Assembly (NCBI GenBank): GCA_965235115.1
Contig: OZ249436.1
Location: 37,760,001-37,824,000, forward strand
Direction of reading: 5' to 3'
Length of the DNA stretch: 64,000 bases
Source of the DNA: Laetmonice hystrix
Lineage: Eukaryota
Within the stretch, counting starts at the first letter, position 1. Every line of letters starts with the position of its first letter. Of the stretch, positions 58,361 through 64,000 are shown one piece after another. The notes beneath the pieces were generated by a model. That model was not told where the DNA came from. It made no database searches and worked only from the letters and a program-made list of their open reading frames with translations. Position numbers and translations under genes: made by a program.

Positions 58361-59085
58361 ATCGATGATGGCGTTAGGAAAACACGGAAAACCTACCAAC
58401 CATCCACCCTCTAGAGTGATCGATGATGGCGTTAGGAAAACATGGAAAACCTACCAACCAGCCACCCTCTAGGTGACTGATCGATGATGGCGTTAGGAAA
58501 ACACAGCGTTAGGAAAACACGGAAAACCTACCAACCAGCCACCCTCTAGGTGACTGATCGATGATGGCGTTAGGAAAACACGGCGTTAGGAAAACACGGA
58601 AAACCTACCAACCAGCCACCCTCTAGGTGACTGATCGATGATGGCGTTAGGAAAACACGGCATTAGGAAAACACGGAAAAACTACCAACCAGCCACCCTC
58701 TAGGTGACTGATCGATGATGGCGTTAGGAAAACACGGCATTAGGAAAACACGGAAAACCTACCAACCAGCCACCCTCTAGGTGCCTGATCGATGATGGCG
58801 TTAGGAAAACACGGAAAACCTACCAACCAGCCACCCTCTAGGTGCCTGATCGATGATGGCGTTAGGAAAACACGGAAAACCTACCAACCAGCCACCCTCT
58901 AGGTGCCTGATCGATGATGGCGTTAGGAAAACCTACCAACCAGCCACCATCTAGGTGCCTGATCGATGATGGTGTTAGGAAAACACGGAAAACCTACCAA
59001 CCAGCCACCCTCTAGGTGACTGATCGATGATGGCGTTAGGAAAACATGGAAAACCTACCAACCAGCCACCCTCTAGGTGACTGAT
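58361..59085. repeat. 61-bp minisatellite, ~11 copies, some with an internal 17-bp duplication (78-bp variant)
   Basis: Repeats of gatcgatgatggcgttaggaaaacacggaaaacctaccaaccagccaccctctaggtgact. Confidence 0.95.
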
Positions 59086-59374
59086 ATAAATAACTACCAA
59101 TGTCATTCGATCTCCGTGCGCAACAGGAGATTATTCTAAGCAAAATAACTCATAATTCACAACGAGTGAAAACTAGAACATCAAATTTAACTGCATGGCA
59201 CAACATAATAATTTATTTATAATGTTAAAATGGATGCAAGATACAGGACAAACATCTGGACTTTATTATATCATATCCATCAAAGGAACCACAATGATAC
59301 AAAGTCATCTTCGTGTCCAAGCATAGGATTCAAAAGCACTAAGTGGATTTTTACTGGTTCTTATGCTAGAATAA

Positions 59375-59706
59375 AGCCAGGAATCCATGTGTCCGTAGTG
59401 CGTAGTGCGTAATCAAAACAATGAAAACATGCATTACGCACTACGCAATACACACACACACACACAATTCATGTGTAGGTGTGCGTAGTGCGTGTTTTCA
59501 TTGTATTGATTACGCACTATGCAATACGCACACATGGATTCTTGGCTTCACTACAACTTGTTTTCATTGATTTTGATGAATACGCATCACGCACTACGCA
59601 CACATGGAATCCATGTGTACGTGTGCGTAGTGCGTGTTTTCATTGTATTGATTACGTACTACGCACGTATCACGCCCACACTACGTATGTACAAGGATTC
59701 CTGGCT
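59375..59706. mobile_element. PIF/Harbinger-type MITE
   Basis: TIR agccaggaatcc / ggattcctggct; TAA on both sides; internal gcgtagtgcg / cgcactacgc inverted motifs. Confidence 0.85.
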
Positions 59707-62700
59707 TAAGAAGCGGTAGATGGTTGCAATAAATTTCCACTCGTAAGGTAGAATTAGATAAGGGAGATGGGGGCGTTAAGTTGGGTGAAGGGTGAGGATG
59801 AGGGGTGAATAAGAGGGATGAGAAGAGGCAGGAAAGAAGAATAGGGGGTGAAGGTTGAGAGGTAGATGAGAGAACAGAATGTTCCACGGTTCACTTTCAA
59901 TTAGTCCAATCAACTGCCCTCGGCCGCCGCAACCGCCACGGGTTGCCGATGGCGTAAGGACCTTTCTCATAGCGGTGCATCATGTATAATAAATATCTTT
60001 TGATCTTCAATGTTCAGCTCAGTTCATATTACTGATACTAATTAAACTCTACTTCCTTGGGCGACCATGAATGGCATTAATTAAAATGTGATCTGAGGGG
60101 AGATTCCTTCTAATCGGGAGGGTGCGCAATTATGCGAGTCTAGACAACAATGTGGAGCGAGATCTGCTGAGAAGCTCAAGTTCTGTGATTGTGAGACCTT
60201 TTTTATGCGCCTTTAAACGAACTTCCAATTTGAAACTTCAAAAGTAGCATTTAAAACCCTAATACCATTCAATGATGAGTAAAATAAATAAAGCCACACC
60301 TTTAAACACTCACCCAATATAACTAATCTTAAAGTCCATGATTCTTCTTCGGCCCTTAATGCCAAAGCCAGAGACCCTTCCAGGGCTAAGTCCTGCAGTA
60401 CTATTATGTATAGATATTATTTGAATTATTTATTTGTTTGATATTGTTGATCAATAAACCATGGGTACATGTATTTCAACGTGCAGCTAAAATCAACCCT
60501 GATCCCAAATGGCATCGCCATGTGCAGTTTAGGAAACCCCTAGTATATATCAGGATGCGATGGGAAAGACTTGGGGTTTCCTGAACTGAACATGCATGGC
60601 GATACACACGTTACAATTTCTGCACCGCGTGTCACCCTACCCCGCAACCATCGGTTTCCTAAGCGGGGGAATCCTCATCACAAAAAGATTCTATGATGTG
60701 TATGTAAAACGTTAATTGACATAGGAATTTACCGATACAATGCCATTACCCCCCCCCCCCCCCCCCCCCCCGCCTTCAACATCTGCCGCTGCCGACATCA
60801 AACGTCGGCCGTGTGGGTTCAATCAAAGGGTGTCCACCTCAGTACACCTGCCAGGCGGCCGGCAGGGGCGGGCCCCGTGTACGGGCCGACGGACGCCGAC
60901 ATCCCTGTACACCACGCTACAGAGGAACGCTTCATGAACGCAGCACTAGGACAGGTAGCAGAAGGTACTCGCTCCAGTTACATCGCTGTACATGTTCCCT
61001 ACACCTGGACTGGGTGGGTGTGTATGGCAGAAACCCTTCCAACTACACCCTCCGAGGTCACCGTACCCACTGGCATACATTTAATATAGATCTCCCGGTC
61101 ATACACATCATATTGTGCCCTGGAATTTTGACAACCCCAAAAGGTCCAGAATTTGGGAGGCATATGTCGGAAAGAAAGGTCCACAATTTTGGATGCTTTG
61201 TGAAATATCAAGGACCTCTGAGCCACGTGCCAGAGAGAAAGGTCTACAATTTTGTATCTTTTGTGAAATATCTGGAGGTCTAAACCACCCCCTTAGAAAA
61301 AGGTCCACATTTTTTTTAGAAAAATCTCAAATGTGCCCCCCCCCTTGGAGATTTGATAAAAATATCCCTGATATGTATAAACTGTATACATGTCCACTCC
61401 ATTCTGAAGCGACCCGACGGTGAAACAGCCACAGTCTGTCCCCAATGAGGAGCGGAACTCGAGCTCAAGTGTGTGTGGGTGGGGGGGGGGGGGGGGGGGG
61501 GGCTGTACAGGTATCATTGTTTCTGTGCTGAGCGTCATACAGAGATGCTATCCGGGCAATTATTTTATTATCTAATATTCTTAGTTATTTAACAGCACAT
61601 AACCCAGCGCGCAGATGTCATGGCAGAGGTATGGCTTAAATCACTCATAAGACCTGCACAAAACAACAATATGTGGGTGTAAAGTAAAGCTTTAATCCAT
61701 TTATAAATCAGCTCGTCGACTCAGCAGTTCGTTACGTCCGGGTCCTGAATCAGCCACCGTGATCCCCAAACTTAATCTGATATTGTCATTAGCCGCAATC
61801 TGAATTATTTATCACAAGATCACACCTGTGTATACGGTCAAGGAACCATGTCAATGCCAGTCGGATCTCTGCCAACCGTTACCTCACAGGTGAGCAGGGC
61901 AATTCAAGGTAGTTCATCAAAAGGTATACACTTCGTAAATTTCAAGACATTATTTTTATGATGGTAGCATTTCTTCAACAGGGGGTGATGTCTCACAGGC
62001 ATTTGTTGCGAGACGGTAGGAAGGAAAAGAGAGTGAGACGGCACAGTAATCAATGATGGCTTCCACAAGAGAGCAGGTGTGTGATGCATTCACGTACATC
62101 AAAAAACGAAGTGTCTCCTGGGATAACCCCTTGTACACATGTATATGACAACCTCTTTATTCCACTATGTATATAGGCATGGCCTTCTTTGGCGTTTTCA
62201 AACTGTATAATCATGTAAAACATTTCGCAGTACGTTAAGGGGAAGGAGGACCGTAAAATTTCAGTAGTAAACTTTGACATTTTTTGAGTTTTTTCAATTT
62301 ATTACCATGTAAGCATCACATAATCACCAAAAAAATGATATGCTTCCATGCTAATTTTTGTAGTATGGGGGTTTTTCAACTGCCCCCTGCCTGAAAATAT
62401 GGCAAATTCTGACGCACTTCCATGTCTCGTTTCAGGCAAAAGAAATACATCAAATAATATCAAATGTATATTTTTTTTTACCTAGAAGGACTGAAATGTA
62501 ACATACCTACCACACTGTACTAAAAAATATCCCGATTAAACAATTTTTTTTCAGATTTTGTATTTTTGCCGAGGTGATTGCATATATTTTTCATCGTAAA
62601 ATCCCACCTTTTTCAATAACAGGAGAAAACTGGTAGTAAATGTTATATTTTTTTTGGCTAAAATTAAAGACAATGACCAACTCTCATCAAATCAGTAAAA

Positions 62701-64000
62701 AAAAATATACCATTCCAGGGTAATTTTTTTGGTAGGACCCCTTTTTTGTAGGAAATTTACCCATTTTTACCCAAAATTCGGGTTTTTTGCTCCTACAAAC
62801 TAATTAGTGGTGAATGTATTTATACAGTTTTGGCCTATAATTAAAGATAATGACCATTTTCATCAAAATAAACTAAGACATCTATGTCATTTCAGGTAAA
62901 CGTGCCCCTGTGACCACCTTTTATGTTGTTGAAAAGGGCCCCAAATCACCCCCCCCCCCTCCCATGGCAGGTCACACTGTGGCCAGTGGCAGTGGTACAG
63001 GCCGGCTACTATTGTGACGTTAGAAATTAGGCCCTATTGTTCAGTAGTTCCAAAAGTATTGTGACGTCACAGTATCTGAGTGATGACAATAGGACTGTTC
63101 TGTCAAATATCATAGTCATTCTACTCAGATTCACTCAGCTAATTGACTCAGTTGAGTCTAACAGAAACCTAAATAATCCACTCAACTCCACTCGACTTAG
63201 CTGAGTGACTTTGCTGAGTGTGTTGAGTGGAGTGAAACTTGAGTGTAAGAGAAACCGGGCCCTGGCAGATGGAGACCGTCACTGGATTTGTGACTGCTAG
63301 TTCTTGTCTGTGCCACTGGGGCGCCACTGTAGGCCTACTATGCGCGTAAACCTGCGCAGTGGTCTGATTTGCTTCGGTGATAGGCCCGCTCTCAGACAAT
63401 ACAGTGCTCAGTAGGAGGAAACAGTATTGGCGCCGAATCAACATTCGTGCACTCTCTCGGTGTAGAGTACTTAAAAGAATTACTGACACCTATCGAAATA
63501 AGTACGACATTGTCCCGGGCCCAGTTTTTCAAAAATTCTCAACTTGAGTAAAGCTTACTTAAGCAAACTAACAGGCTTCTGATTGGCTGATTCCGAAAGG
63601 GCGTAAAGTTACCAATCGACCATAACCTCCACATCTGGGATTACATGTACAACGGGGTCAACGGCCCATCGTAATCAAGCCACCAGGCCCCACCGCCGCC
63701 GTAAACACACCTGTTACCGTCCCTGCTGACAGTAATTCGTTTTAATTCCTGCAGTGAGAAGTAGTGGCATACACACTGTCACGTAACATTTGTTGTAGGT
63801 GTAACCATCCATGAGGTGTCAGTACAGAAGTGGATCCAAGACAAACATATTATTCAACGACGATATACAACTAATAAGTCTCCTACACGTATACTTATTC
63901 GTAACTTAACTCTTGCCTTCATTTTTGGGGGGTGCTTTCAAAAACTTATTGACTTTTTTAGAGAGAGAGAGAAAATCTAATACTGATCGACAGAAGAAAA

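Noticed and set aside
11218..59085. Tandem arrays as possible CRISPR arrays
   Set aside because: The repeats are contiguous without unique spacers, there are no cas genes, and the context is eukaryotic introns.
62050..62280. ORF containing CVQGVIPG as a candidate for a missing N-terminal DMXL exon
   Set aside because: The surrounding residues do not resemble the family and I saw no fitting splice sites; the first exons are probably outside the window.
61100..63600. Several partial MITE-like ends (aaaggtcca repeats, ttaaggggaagg, gaaaccgggccc)
   Set aside because: Probably transposon remnants, but no TIR pair or TSD could be established.

Overview
AT-rich genomic DNA from an animal, most likely a marine invertebrate (inferred from the repeat landscape; the species cannot be called). 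One large minus-strand gene dominates the window: DmX-like / Rabconnectin-3 alpha (DMXL1/2 orthologue). I reconstructed 44 coding exons by hand between 57286 and the stop codon at 10212. All introns are GT-AG with compatible phases, and the exons total 9720 nt (3239 aa plus stop). I could not find the N-terminal exons; they probably lie beyond position 64000. A roughly 5.5 kb 3' UTR is likely. Introns and the 3' flank contain many non-autonomous DNA transposons (PIF/Harbinger-, Kolobok-, hAT5-, IS3EU- and Helentron-like, classified from termini and target-site duplications only) and several minisatellites. Three observations stand out. (1) A 13 x 63-bp array is built from an intron/exon junction and gives 13 in-frame, stop-free candidate splice acceptors. 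(2) A cluster of frame-preserving candidate micro/cassette exons lies just before the C-terminal WD40 region. (3) Two inverted copies of one MITE sit together, and one preserves the empty sites of two insertions found in the other. No rRNA, tRNA, CRISPR array or intact transposase was seen.
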